NCBI GenBank assembly: GCA_040954595.2
Contig: CM082578.2
Span: forward strand, 10,235,066-10,299,065
DNA length: 64,000 nucleotides
Source of the DNA: Balanoglossus misakiensis
Lineage: Eukaryota; Animalia; Hemichordata
Direction of reading: 5' to 3'
Shown: positions 1 through 12,999 of the stretch, in pieces
Layout: every line of letters begins with the position of its first letter
Numbering within the stretch: the stretch's first letter is position 1
Made by a program: the position numbers and the translations under genes
The notes under the pieces: generated by a model
The model's database searches: none
The model's input: only the letters and a program-made list of their open reading frames with translations
What the model was told of the DNA's origin: nothing

Positions 1-133
1 AACGGGGAAAAAAGAATGTTAAATATATATAACAAAATATGAATGGTGTGTCTGTTACAAATGACTAATTTTTTGTGACATAATTGAGTTGAAATAAAAG
101 AATATCAAGCTTATTGGCCTTGAACCATTTCAG

Positions 134-1827
134 GATGAAGAACTTGGACAAGAAAAGATGAGTTATCGCATAGCAGGTGGATGCACTGTGCTCGTTGCAA
201 TCTTCTTGCGCGGAAAGTTGTATGTTGCAAATGCTGGCGATTCAAGGTAAGGCTTTAATTTTCTGTGTTTCAATGATTATTACAGACTTCGTAGATGTGC
301 AAAAATCAAACATCACTTGTGTGCATACGTGACCTTGTGTCCTATCACATCAGCAGTAATTCTTGGGTATATCACTCTTCCTGCATGTGTGACATCACTT
401 CCTGTATGTGTGACATCACTTCCTGTATGTGTCAATCATTTCAGAGCAATCATATCAAGAGGCGATGACATCATTGAGATGTCGCACGAGTACACGCCCA
501 GTACTGAGAGGCAGAGAATCCAACAGTTGGCTTATCAGCAGCCCTGTTTGCTGGACAACGAATTTACACATCTGGAATTTCAGAAAAGGATTTACAGGAA
601 GGATGTCGGCAAGAGAATTCTGTACAGGGACCAACACATGACGGGATGGTAATTATATAGTTACGGCAGTCACTTTTTTTTTCCAAAACCATATTTTCAT
701 GATGCAGATAACTTTATTAATTTTGATAACTTTATTTGACTTCCAGGGCATATAAGACGATTACATTAGAAGACACCAAATTCCCGCTGATATACGGCGA
801 CGGAAAGAAGTCGCGCATGTTGGCAACGATAGGTGTGACCAGGGGGTTTGGAGACCATGAACTCAAAGTACACGAGACGAACATTTACCTCAAACCATTC
901 CTTAGCCCCATTCCAGAGGTGAGTGCAATATACACTTGGCACATACCATTTGTTGAACAACCGTGTGCAGAAATGAAATATGCTTCCCAGTACATGGTGA
1001 AAGTTCAGACTCCTAATAACAATTCCTAAACTTATTGTGTATGTAATGGCAGGTGATGGTGTACGACTTATTAGACAATGAACACACAGAGAATGATGTG
1101 CTCATCATGGGATCTGATGGGCTGTGGGATATTCTGTCCAATCAGGAGGCAGCTGACATTGTGAAAGACATCCTGGAGAACTTTCCCCCAGGTGACATGA
1201 GCAGGTGCGTAGTCTTGAGTGGAAAGGACTTGTAGTGATGTATAGCTGAGCATTAACTCTGCTCCTGGAAAGGACCGGAATTTTAAATCACTCCTAGAAA
1301 GTCTTTGCATGTTCTGGAAGACCTATAGTCACCCCTGGAAAATGCTGGATGTTTAATCAATCGCCTGTGCTATCATAAAATGTTAATGTCCCGATAAAAA
1401 ATCCCTCTGAGTATAGCACTGGTAATTTGGGTCATTAGATTGGATCTGCTTGATTCATTGGTGTGATATGTAATTTTCAGCCATGTCTGATGTTTATATG
1501 AGTGCCTCTTTATAAGCTGCAGACTTTTCTGATAATTTGGTGAAATTATACGGAAGTGCAGGATTCTTAACTGTAACTGGTGAAGGGAGGGAGCCAGCGA
1601 AATGAGTTGTGTGAACTTTGACCTTGTCTTGTAGGTACGCCTCGGCCGCCCAAGAGCTGGTGATGCAGGCCAGGGGGATCTTGAAGCAGCGCGGCTGGAG
1701 AACCATGAACGACACCAGGCAGGCGTCCAACGACGACATCACAGTGTTTGTCATTCCGCTGCATTGCCATGGCAGCCTGTCCTCGCAGAGCAGTCTCACC
1801 GAGTCGCAGGACGCCTTGCCGACTTAA
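134..1827 (+). CDS. PPM1H: Protein phosphatase 1H/1J/1M-like (PP2C family), 3' exons; 5' end upstream of window
   Basis: Exons 134-246, 445-648, 747-918, 1053-1204, 1635-1827 joined at GT-AG sites give GGCT...LYVANAGDSRA...EFTHLEFQKRIYRKDVGKRILYRDQHMTGWAYK...FPLIYGDGKKSRMLATIGVTRGFGDH...GSDGLWD...DDITV. These are PP2C motifs plus the PPM1H-type flap insert. Confidence 0.93.
372..432. repeat. Short tandem repeat, ~21-bp unit (atcacttcctgtatgtgtgac) x~3, intronic
   Basis: Directly visible; it produces the TSLPVCV repeats in spurious ORF 317..652. Confidence 0.7.
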
Positions 1828-2784
1828 AACGCACGTTCAAGCAATCACACTATCCTGTGAAGCGTCCGTCAAGGAGCTGAGGCACATTGTATATCTGGTC
1901 AGATAACCTGAACCTTGGGACTGCATTCATTGTTGTAGTTGAGTGTGTACTTTCCCCACACAAAGAAGCATCTGTGTGCCCTGAATGATGGGAAAAATGT
2001 CAGTCCCCATATTGGTGTACATGTATTCGCAAGCATGTTTATAAAGCATAGCCCTCACTCAGTATTGTTGGTAAATAATCATTGGCTTAGGTATGTGTAT
2101 CTGGACTATAAGTGTAGTACATGTACTGTACTGTGTTTTTTGAATGTTGTGTTAGACTATAAAAATATCAATTTTCATTTAATGTTGTAGCAAAAATATC
2201 AAAAACAATGATCAGATATAATTCATTATGCATTTATTTACAGTTTGAAAGATATTTTTTCTATTTTATTTTCACATTTGCAGATGATTTTGATTATATA
2301 TTGATATTTTCATACATCCTTCAAGTACAATGACAGAATTCCGACACTTCAAGTTGCAGTACTCAAACGCCCCTGTGGTGAAAATATGCAAAATGGACAA
2401 GGATTTCCCCAAATTTCATGTTTTATACCTCAATCAAAGTGCAGCCTTTCATTCTGTTACTCAAGCAGTGGCTGGCTGGTTCTGTTGTCCTTTAGGGGGT
2501 GAATTAACGGCATGCGCACTTGGTGTTTGGACTGAGTTTAACCTGAAAATGGTTTCAGGAAGCTTTACTTTACCCAGGCATGACTTTACACAGCACGGAG
2601 TATTTCTTGAAGACTGCATCAAATTGAAGACCGAGTCATTTCGAACACCTCAAGATCAAGAGAGAATTTTTATGTTGTGCTAATGTTTTGGAAGTTTTTA
2701 AAAATGTTTTTGTTATCTTTTTTTTAAAACTTGTATTCATATTTCAATTTTCTTTGAACACTCCTGCCAAATAGCCCTGTACAC

Positions 2785-2958
2785 CAGTGTACCCTCTAAG
2801 CCCATATGACTTGCCACTAAGACTCAACAAACTCACTGGCGACTCAAGAAAATTATCCACACTACATGCAAAGGTATAGGGCTGACTCAGAGAAATTTCT
2901 AGAAATCCTCAAATTGACGCAAAGCTTTTAAAAATTATGTTTGTCAGAGGGCACACTG
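2785..2958. mobile_element. Putative hAT-like MITE downstream of the PPM1H-like stop
   Basis: 13-bp terminal inverted repeats cagtgtaccctct / agagggcacactg (1 mismatch, CAG...CTG ends); ctgtacac on the left and ctgtatac 5 bp beyond the right end could be a degenerate 8-bp TSD. Confidence 0.4.
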
Positions 2959-5900
2959 TACTGCTGTATACATACACATGAAAGATTCCTGGTTTAAAGG
3001 GGTGGGGCTGTCTTTAACGAGTCAATCTTGAGATGTTACATGGTTTTAAGTTTGCTTGCATTGTTCTGAACGCACACATGCAACATTTTACCGTTTCGTT
3101 GTTTTTTCTGTAGAATTTCAACCCCTGGTGATTGGAATTGGATATGCTATATTCTTTCTTATTCAAATATTTTCCCTCGGCAACCATTGCCTAGCAACTT
3201 GAATTAATCGGTATCACCTTCAAGAAGCAAACTCTGATTAACTTTTATTAATCTGCTTGTATAAAGATATTATGGCCCAGCCAGTTTATGAATACATAGA
3301 TAATCATGATGCTGACAAAATGAATTTTATGTTTGATCTTTTACAAATCACTGTGCAATATTATACACGTATTATCCAGTTTCCATTTAAAAGTTTGTAT
3401 GTTTTTTTTTAAAAAAATGCTATCACTAGAGTCTTCCCAGACTGTGTGTCTCATTGTAAGCAAGACTGTTGAATAGAAACAGAAGAAGTTAGTCTCAAGA
3501 ACTGTAGTTGGCGCTCTTAGTCATAGTACAGTATAATATAAAACCCTTTCTGTTTTCCTGAATTCCGACGTGACTGACATAATGGCAATAATTCACCAAT
3601 GTGACAGCTATACATATGTATTTGAATTAGATCTATGCATTATAATTTTTAGATAAGTTAATTCTGGGAGTGAGTGAGCGAGTGGTTGGGTGGGGATGGG
3701 GTATGAGGATGATTTTGTAAATAGGGCCAAAGTCATTCCTGAGAGCAGTTTAAGAAGAGGGTTAATTGCCTGATTGGATGTTGGATGAGAATAGAGAGTG
3801 ACCAGCAAAAGTGGGTGTTACTTTATATGTAATTTGCTTCATCCAGTGATTGCTGTCTTCTGTAAAATTGTTTCCAGGTGTTTTTCCCCCTCAAGCTACT
3901 CTGCAGCTTGCACTCAACTGATGCAGGGTATTTGAGATGTTTATTTCTTTCAATTTCATCTTGAAACTTAACAAAATATGACTTCATTATCGTGTTGAAA
4001 CTATTTAATCAGGTCAGGTGCAGTTGCCTTGGTGATCAGTTATCAGTATTTGTATGCTATCGTAGTTTACATCTGATTTTATGTGAAATGTAATGTTTTC
4101 TCTAATTTCCGGCCAGAATCTCCCTGCAGGATACCTTTCGCCACCATGGTTTGGTCCAAATCTATTGTTTTCAATGTAAAGTCGGGCCTGTACACAGAGA
4201 AATGGGTGAGAGGTTTAAAGTCATGTTGACTGTTAGTGGTATAACTATGGAGTTCCTGATAAAAAATAGGAAGTTTGTTACTCATGAATTTGTGTATGTC
4301 CACCTGGTTGCAAACCAGGAATCTTGGCCAATCAACTCAAATCATCAGAAACCGGTGGCTTTTGACATTGTCCTGTTAGATCATTCAAAATGATGCAGGC
4401 TGTGTACATTGGTCAGTCAAGTTCCTTCAATCTGACAATTTACTTTTTTTCACCAAAATAAACTGGACCCCTCTGATCTTTGCAACTTGTTTATTAAAAC
4501 TCTGTATTAAACTCCTGCGGCCTAGGCCTACTCTGGCGACTGGTCATTATAGCATTGTACATTGTATCCAAGATCTGTTTGCATTTAACATATAATACAT
4601 GGACATTAATAAATTTGCCTTGTCACAAAGTAAGCCTTATACCCAAGCAAATGGATACTGTATAGTTTAGGTTTATTGAAAGTACTTGTACAAAATGGTT
4701 TTGTATGTTTCATGTAAATTTCATAAGATATATACGTAACATTTTTCTATGTCAATTTGTATCTGTACTGCAGCTATTTTGTTAGCCATCAATGGTAATT
4801 TAATAAAAAGACATGTATAAATGTAAGAAATGCATAGCTTTGTGAGAGCAGATGTGAATTACAAGTATCTCATTTATAGCATTTGTCTGTGAAGATTGTC
4901 TAGATGCTGCTATTTTCAGGACCTGGGAATTTTCAGAATGTTTCTCGCAGAGGTCCCATTCAAAATACTTTTCCCCTTTTAGCAATAAACAGCACACTAC
5001 ACTATATGGAAGAAAGACAGAACACAATTGGCAACTAGTGTAAGAAAACTTTTATTTGACTATGAAATAAATGCTTTTCTCAATATTTATACAAAAAAAC
5101 AAAAACAAAAGAAAATCAGACAACTTACAGAACATGATGTCACCACAAACAACGAAGTGAGGACATCACTGAAATGAACACTTCTGTATCTCTGTATAAG
5201 ATGCATAATGACCACATCAAAAATATAGGTTGGCAGTTTTATGAAATAAAACAGTAACACACAGAAAGCAGGCCAAAGAAATACCTGCAACAGAATAAAT
5301 GCTGATAAAATGATCTCTAAGGACTATTTCAGAGAGGTCTGGTAATTTCTACTATAGAATGAAAGTTGGAAGATGAACAGGTTGTAATGTGTAATGCTGA
5401 AGATTCTGGTCTGATAAGTACGTCTTTTAAAAAATATTTTACACAGAAAAGTTGGCTCTAAGAAGAGGAAGAGTCCAGAAGAACTCAAATCCTGTTTTCC
5501 ACACATACATGTAATGCCCCCTACCCCTTTGAAGACTCATGCATTGTCAAACGATACAGTCAGACACTGTAAAAGGTGTTGATCAACAAAAACACAGAAA
5601 ATCTGGGTATGAACAAAATCCAACCTCATAGTCCCGATTCACAAACCAATGAACAATCTCTTTCTAAGTTTTCATCCATGATTGCAGTCCATTGGCAAAA
5701 ATTACTCCAAAAAAAATAGAAACATGTCTTTGTAAGATTTTAACCAAACAACTGATTCGACAATTTTATAAAAATCAATGATGTCTGCTTGATTGAATCA
5801 AATCTCCTGGTCCCAATACCTAACATAACACGACAATCCTTTTACCGTTTCCACTCTTGTAACATCTTACCCTTTTCAGGAAAAGAGCTAACAAATAAAA

Positions 5901-6306
5901 ATCTCCACAACATTTTCTCACTTTACTTCGAGTCCAAGCAATGCCAGTCCGACCCCCGACCCCAGCAAACACCAACACTTAAGCCCCTGATTGAAAAGAA
6001 ACCCTTTTCTTCTGTGTATCGTTTGGTGTGCGAGCTACACCTGCTGAAAGCGACGGAGTTGAAGCCAAATATTGCAGTAGGTGAAACGGATCAGCCTAAC
6101 TATTAAAGCACTTGCGCTTTGGATTACGATGTATAGGATGTGATGAATGAATGATGACACAAGGTGGATATAAATAGATATACATGTGCACGAAACATGT
6201 TGACTGAATACGTGAACAGAGCTGTGTCTACTAAACAACCGACCACTGACAGACTCGCAACAAGCTATGTACAAAGCGGTTCTCCTGAACTCCAGGTGGG
6301 CCTGGG

Positions 6307-8869
6307 TCACTCTTCGATGCTCGGTAGCCAGAATTCCTGTGGGCAAACGAAAATAAATTTGCAAGTTAGCATACGAATGAATGTACATGCATGTATTTTC
6401 AGTCATGCATGCTAGACGAGTGCACGAGTCAGGTATACGTCGTTGCACATTGAGACAGGACAGGTTTGAAGGATTAAAATCAACAGTTTGCTTACCATAT
6501 CGTGCGAGGTGGTTGCTAACATCATGTATTTGGGATTGAATTGGACGCATTGCGCTGGGCCGCCATGTTTTGATTCGAGAACTGCTGTTTTGCTGCCGTT
6601 TTCTGCATTCCACACGTGTATTTTTCCATCTTGGGACCCTGGCCGTGAAACAGGTAAACACAGCTTTTAATATTTCCATAAATCACAAGTTCTCAGTCTC
6701 AAAAGTATACTTCTTATCAGAGCTTAATATTCTGCAACTTTCAATAAACCAGAAATATGTCACATTCCTCACCTGCAATAACAAACTGTGAATCTGGACT
6801 GAACGACGCCTCTAACACCAAACCTTTAGTGTTCATGTGTCCCTGAAATGAAATGAAGGGAAGGTAAAGAACATTTTCATAGACAGAAGAACGTTCTATT
6901 GTCTATGTCATCAAATACAATTGTAAAAAAGTGAAGACGTCACAATGACAAATACCGCCCAAAGAGAGGGGAGAGATACTGACCATGAAAGTCTGTAGTG
7001 GGTTCCCTGTGAACGCGTCGATCAGTCTGATCACAGCGCCGTTGGTTGAGATGAGCACCATTTTACCGTCAGCGCTGAACTTCAGACCTGTCCAGTCACA
7101 GTCCCTGTCGGGTTGTAACCTGAATGTTGTGAATGGACCCTAAAGCAACGGAGAAGAGATAATTTAAGTATGCTGGTATGGTCAAAGGTTTCTCCATAAC
7201 TTGCTGGAACTGTAGTCATATGCTTGATTAAAATTATCAGGTACATGTGACTCCAAATTCTGCCTCACAAATGGACATACAAACAACCTGAATAATAATT
7301 ACGGGATGATGATAGAAGACATACTCACCTTATCAAATGATCTGAGATCATAGAGTTTGATCATTTCTGAGTTGATGCCCGCACCAAATATTAATCCCTC
7401 TGGATCAAACGAACACACTGGACGGCCTTGGAGGTGCATTAAACCCTACAGAGAAATCAAAATTCAAGAAGTTAAAACTCATGGATTGGAGGTGTTGGGT
7501 ATGACATCACACAAAATGACAGTCCTAACAACAGCCACACTGAAAATAGCGCCCTCTTGTGATAGATATGTCAAGCAACACAGTTTCATCATTCTTCGTA
7601 GACCATTGTAGAGAGGTTTCTTACCTGGCAATTTGGAGACCTAAGATCCCACAGCCTGATGGTTTTATCTAGTGACCCCGAGAGAAAAGTGTCATCCACT
7701 GGTGACATGCTTAGGCTTACAACTCTGCAGAGAAAAAGCAAAAGATCAGTGATAAGCGGTGTTTACTGTTGTAATGTACATGGAAAACAATTTGATCATC
7801 AGTGATACACAATATATTAAAGCTTCAAACTTTGCCATATTAAATTGAGTAATACAGCAGAAAGAGCGTCACTTACTTTTTTGTATGCCCGTGGAAATAT
7901 CTGATGTATTTGTTGTCGTGGAGTGAAAGATATCGGATTGTATCGTCTATTTTGTTTGAGCTGTATACCACAGTGTTGGCAGCGTGTGTGTATCGGATCA
8001 AATCTACGCCATACTTTTTGCTAAATAGAGTTCTCTTGGGTCTGAAAAAATAGGAAATTAATTCGGTGAGACATGGTGTGGAGCATCACATGATTATCCA
8101 GTTATATGCCCAGACTGTCTGCTATATACTAAGTTACCCTGTATGATGTAAATTTTAGTGATTGCCATTGTAGTGTAAATTGTGACAGACCTCACCTGGT
8201 TGTGAACTTTGAGGACACAACCTTTCATAACAAGACAATTAGGTGCGATCTTGTTTTGAAGAATACAAGTTCGCTATTGCAGATTTTATAGTGTCGCCAG
8301 TGACACCACCAACATTCACAGCAGAGGCTTGTACTCAGTCGTATTTGGGCTCCCATTCCAAGTCAGCTCTGTGCTATAGCATAGGTGCTGGCTTGGTGAA
8401 ATGGAGCCCACATGCAACTGTCAGTGTGTCTGTGGTTATACATGCAAACTGATTAATGCATGTTTCCAGAAATATACTGGTAGTTTGGTGTGCTAAGTGA
8501 TGACGCCACCTCATCAACTTGTGGACAGAATATGGCATACTTGAAGGAGGAAAGTGCGTCGAGATTACATTGTGACGATCTGTCGAAGAGGGCGCCAAAG
8601 ATATTCAGAGCCCCGGAACACTACAATATGTGTGTACATTTCACCTGTCAACGAAATCTTGTGAAAGCTCAATTGTGCATTTCGGGTCACAATATGCAAA
8701 CTTACTTTCCCTCTTGACAATCGTATATTACGATAGAATCATCGTCACTACTCGACACCAGAGTTTCGCCATTCGACGCGAAATCCACACTGTTTATACG
8801 GTCCGTGTTTTGATCTCGGAACATCTTTGCGACTCGAAAACTTCGCATTACAACGTCCGTGAGCTTCAT
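6307..8869 (-). CDS. WDR82: WD repeat-containing protein 82 (Swd2; SET1/COMPASS and PNUTS-PP1 subunit)
   Basis: Exons 8706-8869, 7877-8041, 7625-7724, 7329-7445, 6984-7139, 6773-6842, 6496-6638, 6307-6336: [26 protein letters not shown]...[43 protein letters not shown]...[39 protein letters not shown]...FNPKYMMLA...FWLPSIEE*, closely matching WDR82. Confidence 0.96.
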
Positions 8870-9160
8870 GGTGACGGTGTGAACGATCTTCGTGAAGTCG
8901 CCTTCCTGCCTCGTTGTCTGCAAAGCCAACAAAGACGGTAAACAAGGTATATTTCCGATTTGTTTTGGAAGGCGACCGCGCTGATCACTTTTCTCGCCGG
9001 GCGTGCTACATGGAAAGAGTAAAGAAAAAGCAAACAAGCGAATACTCGAAGAGCGCGCCCTCTCGAATGACCTCCAGTAACCTAGATCTTGTCACTACGG
9101 GAAGGTCTAGTCATCATGGGGGTGGGGCCGGGCAAGTGATGGCCCGTTTAACTGACGTAA
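8870..9160. promoter_or_regulatory. Putative bidirectional promoter between WDR82 and GLYCTK
   Basis: Divergent start codons at 8869 (-) and 9161 (+) are only 291 bp apart, and the interval is locally CpG-rich. Confidence 0.6.
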
Positions 9161-11983
9161 ATGATTGTTCGTAGAATATCAAGGCTGTTTGCCGAAACTA
9201 GGTATGCAGTCATCGTTTTATTGTTATCTTGGCTCTATCTCGGTGGCGAATGGCCATGAACTTAGGTTCTACTGATTATTGCCCTGCACTGTGACACCAA
9301 TGTCACCTCCACCCACCCCCACCTCGGGGCATAGTGAGAAATTGAGTCTTATGAAATTTGCCAAATGCCCCACCCCCTCGGGCAAGACAATCAGGCAAAT
9401 CCCCCACATTTCCCCCCACCCCAACAGGTGGGACATTTATAAAGTCTTCATTTGATCATGAAGGTGAGAAGGTCAATATAATTGCCCCATCCCCTCGGGC
9501 TTAATGCCTTGGAAAATTATGTCTAATCCCACACATTTGTCCAGTATCTCCCATTGATGCATTACAATATATACACTCATTACCAAATTATATATTTTAG
9601 AAAATATATATTTTAGAAAATATTGATATGCATATTAATTAAGCTTTACACACATTTTCGATATTGTTTTGATATCCAGTGAATGCCCGGAGACATAATG
9701 CTAAATGATAATTCATTCACTTTTTTTCTTTAAATGTAGACTGAGCAATGCCATCTGCACTGATCGTCTCTGGCTGAACAAGCAGAGTGTTCTGCAGCCG
9801 AGAAAGAGAATGTCAAACAACCACGGCAATGCTGAGCTCTGCGCCAGGACGGACGCCGTGGGAATATTTAACGCCGGCGTCCAAGCAGTCTTGCCTCATC
9901 AGATGGTGAAAAATGCCCTTGTCTTGCAAGACGACCAACTCTTTGTTGCGGGCAAGATATACGATGTCCGACACAACGTCCACGTTGTTGCATTCGGCAA
10001 AGCGGTCATGGGAATGGTTCGGGCAACCAGCGACATCCTGGGGGAACATCTGGTGGAGTGCATCGCCAGCGTCCCTCTTGGTATGAGGGAGGCTTTGATC
10101 AAGGCAAACAAATTGTTAGTTTTATTCTGTTTTTAATAAGTCACCATCTGCATGGGTTTCAAAGTGTATCCAAGTTTATGATGTAGAAGAAGAATACTGA
10201 GTAGCTTTTCTTGCTGAAAACATGGGAGGGCAAGTCATACAAAATGCTTTGGAAAGTGGATTTTAACAGTTATTACACAATATACAAATATAGATTGGAA
10301 CGTTCTTGCTGTAGGCAAAACATTTTGATCATGTAATTCTTTCACATTAATTCTAAAGAGACTTGATCCCAACCACAAGTTCTAAAATCAAAGTAATAGA
10401 GGGCGCTCCAAACAATTTACCGGATGAAGCAGCATGCAAGGCAGCCCAGGACATTGAAAAGCTCGTAACGAGGTTGACGGCCGAAGATCTGCTCATTGTG
10501 TTAATGTCTGGTAAGTGTCCAGAGTCAAAGAAATACCCCAGAGAGCTTGCATCGTTGCTTGCTAGGATACAAAAGAACGATAGAAAAATGTGCCAAAACA
10601 CCACCCCTGTAATCAGTGTTCAGATATTTGTCATATCACTACAACTGTTCAACCTTCTCTTTCTGCAGGCGGAGGGTCGGCACTGCTGCCATCGCCAGCT
10701 CCCTCTATCAGCCTGCAAGAGAAATACGAAGTGGGTAGAGTAATGGCCGCCAAAGGTGCTACTATCAATCAACTCAACACTGTCAGAAAGAACTTGTCCA
10801 CCTTGAAAGGCGGTGGCCTTGTCAAAGCTGCTTATCCTGCAAAGGTAAGAAGTCTAATGTATCAGATGCATGAACTCTAAATGTTGGCGATCATGCCATC
10901 TGGTTTGCCACTTGTAATAGCCGAACAATTCCAATTTGTAAAAGAATGTATATGCTGAGCTCGTTTTTAAAAAAATAAAGCAAAATCTGTCATGGAATTC
11001 AGTCTCTGGTTACATGAAGTATCATGTTTCCAAGCCTTCACTAGGACCTTTTCTAATTTTATTAAGGTTGTTGTTTACAGGTAATCTCACTCATCTTGTC
11101 CGACATCATTGGCGACTACATGGGGCTGATTGCCAGCGGGCCCACCGTGCCCAACGACTCCACCACCAGGGACTGCCTGGACATCATAGAAGAGCTGCAC
11201 GCCGGCGATGAGTTGCCGCGCTCGGTGATGGACTTCCTGCACGCCAAGGCAATCCGGGGTGCATTCCGACAGAAGGAGGGGCGCGACTTTTCACACGTGC
11301 AGAATGTCATCGTCGGGAGCAACAGCATCGCCGTGGAGGCGGCGCGACGCGAGGCCGACGACCGCGGCTACCTGACCGCCGTTCTCTCCACGGTCATCGA
11401 CGGCGAGGCGAAGGCCGTAGGGAGAGCGTTCGCTCGCATAGCGGCGCTGATCTATCACACTCTGGAGGGCAGATTCAACAAAGCCGCCGACGTCATGGAC
11501 AGCCTTGGTGGTGGCAAGCTGTGGGAAAGACTGGACAGCGACGTTCAGCAACTTGCCGAATTCATCCGCAACTCCGCCACGGCGGGAAAGCCCATCTGCG
11601 TCATCGGAGCCGGTGAAACGACCGTCACCGTCACGGGAAGCGGGAAAGGTGGCCGAAACCAGGAATTGGCCCTCGCCGCATCGCTATCCATGAGCAACCT
11701 GCCGGAATACCAGGAGATGATCCAGAAGGGATACCGAGTGGCCTTCCTCAGTGCCGGCACCGATGGACAAGACGGCCCCACAGAGGCTGCCGGAGCACTG
11801 GCTTTTCCAAGTCAGGTGGCTGGGGCCCTGGAAAAGGGACTAGATGCCAAAGAGTACTTGTGTAATAATGATTCGTATCATTTCTACAGCGAGTTTGATG
11901 AAGGGAACAGTCTCATTGTTACTGGACTCACAGGGACTAATGTTATGGACATCCAGGTCTTATTAGTTGTACCTCCTGTGTAG
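9161..11983 (+). CDS. GLYCTK: Glycerate kinase (class II, MOFRL family)
   Basis: Exons 9161-9201, 9740-10114, 10359-10510, 10669-10844, 11081-11983: VAFGKAVMGM, EGAPNNLPDE, LMSGGGSALL, GATINQLNTVRKNLSTLKGG, SDIIGD...IASGPT, GETTV...GKGGRNQELAL, GTDGQDGPT, TGTNVMD. The small first exon (MIVRRISRLFAET) is inferred from an ATG, a gtatgc donor and phase match. Confidence 0.94.
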
Positions 11984-12753
11984 GATGGAATAGAGAGGTC
12001 TGAAGACCAAAGTATCAGATTTTGACATATATCTCCTGATGAGAGTACAGATGCATGAACATGTAAAATTTGAGGATAATTTGGGGTGGGTTTAAAAAGT
12101 GTATAGTATACATCTCATGTTTTTCATGATAAATTGCATGAATGATGCTGAAATGAACACATTTTTGGGGATTGTGGTTTAACGTAAGTTTCCACTGGTC
12201 ACAAAAATAAAAGGACAAACTTTCCAGAGGTTGTAGTACTTTAATACAATGAGCAAAAGATGTAACATTGCTAGAAAATGGCTTTTATAAAAGTCCCATT
12301 TAGTTTGCCCAAATGCGTATTTGAATTTATTTTTATTCAATTTATAGTAGTCAGACTGAATGGCATTTTATGGTAGTGCTGTTGTATACAGTATGACTGT
12401 AGTTTCCCTGAAATATGTCGACATGTACCTTCAATTTTATGCTACGAATTATTTGTTGGTCTGAAGAAAATTATAGAGTTTATTATAAGATTGGAACTTG
12501 ATTTCTGCATGACAATGTTATTTCTTTAAACAGTGATGATTGGCAACTCTCTGTATTTCACACTGGGAGTTATAAAAGGAACAATAAGTTTACACATAGT
12601 GACCTCTCTCTTCCTGTTTGATGTTGTCCGACAGTCCAGCCAGAATATACATTTTTATATTCAATTTGATCAGTGCTTTTATGGATATTGTTATGAGTAG
12701 AGCATCCAGACAATCCATAAATTTATTTGGTCATTCATCCCCCTCCCTACATA

Positions 12754-12770
12754 CACACACACACACACAC
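12754..12770. repeat. (AC)n microsatellite
   Basis: Directly visible acacacacacacacacac. Confidence 0.8.
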
Positions 12771-12999
12771 AATGCAAGCTAACATCACACAGTATTCCGT
12801 TCCTCTCTCTGTTTTAATGTTCATCAAGACTTAACTGAAACAGTGCACCTTTCACTGTATCACATTTTTTACATGGTTTTGTTTACCATGGCGAATTCAA
12901 ATTGCAGATTTCACCAATTAAGCATGCCACTCTTTATAAGTCTTCCTATTTGTGACATTTGGGAGTCATCAGATGAGACTTCTATGGCAAAACCAGGAT

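Noticed and set aside
6035-6679. 214-aa minus-strand ORF
   Set aside because: It runs through WDR82 introns and 3' UTR out of the WDR82 frame and has no recognisable domain.
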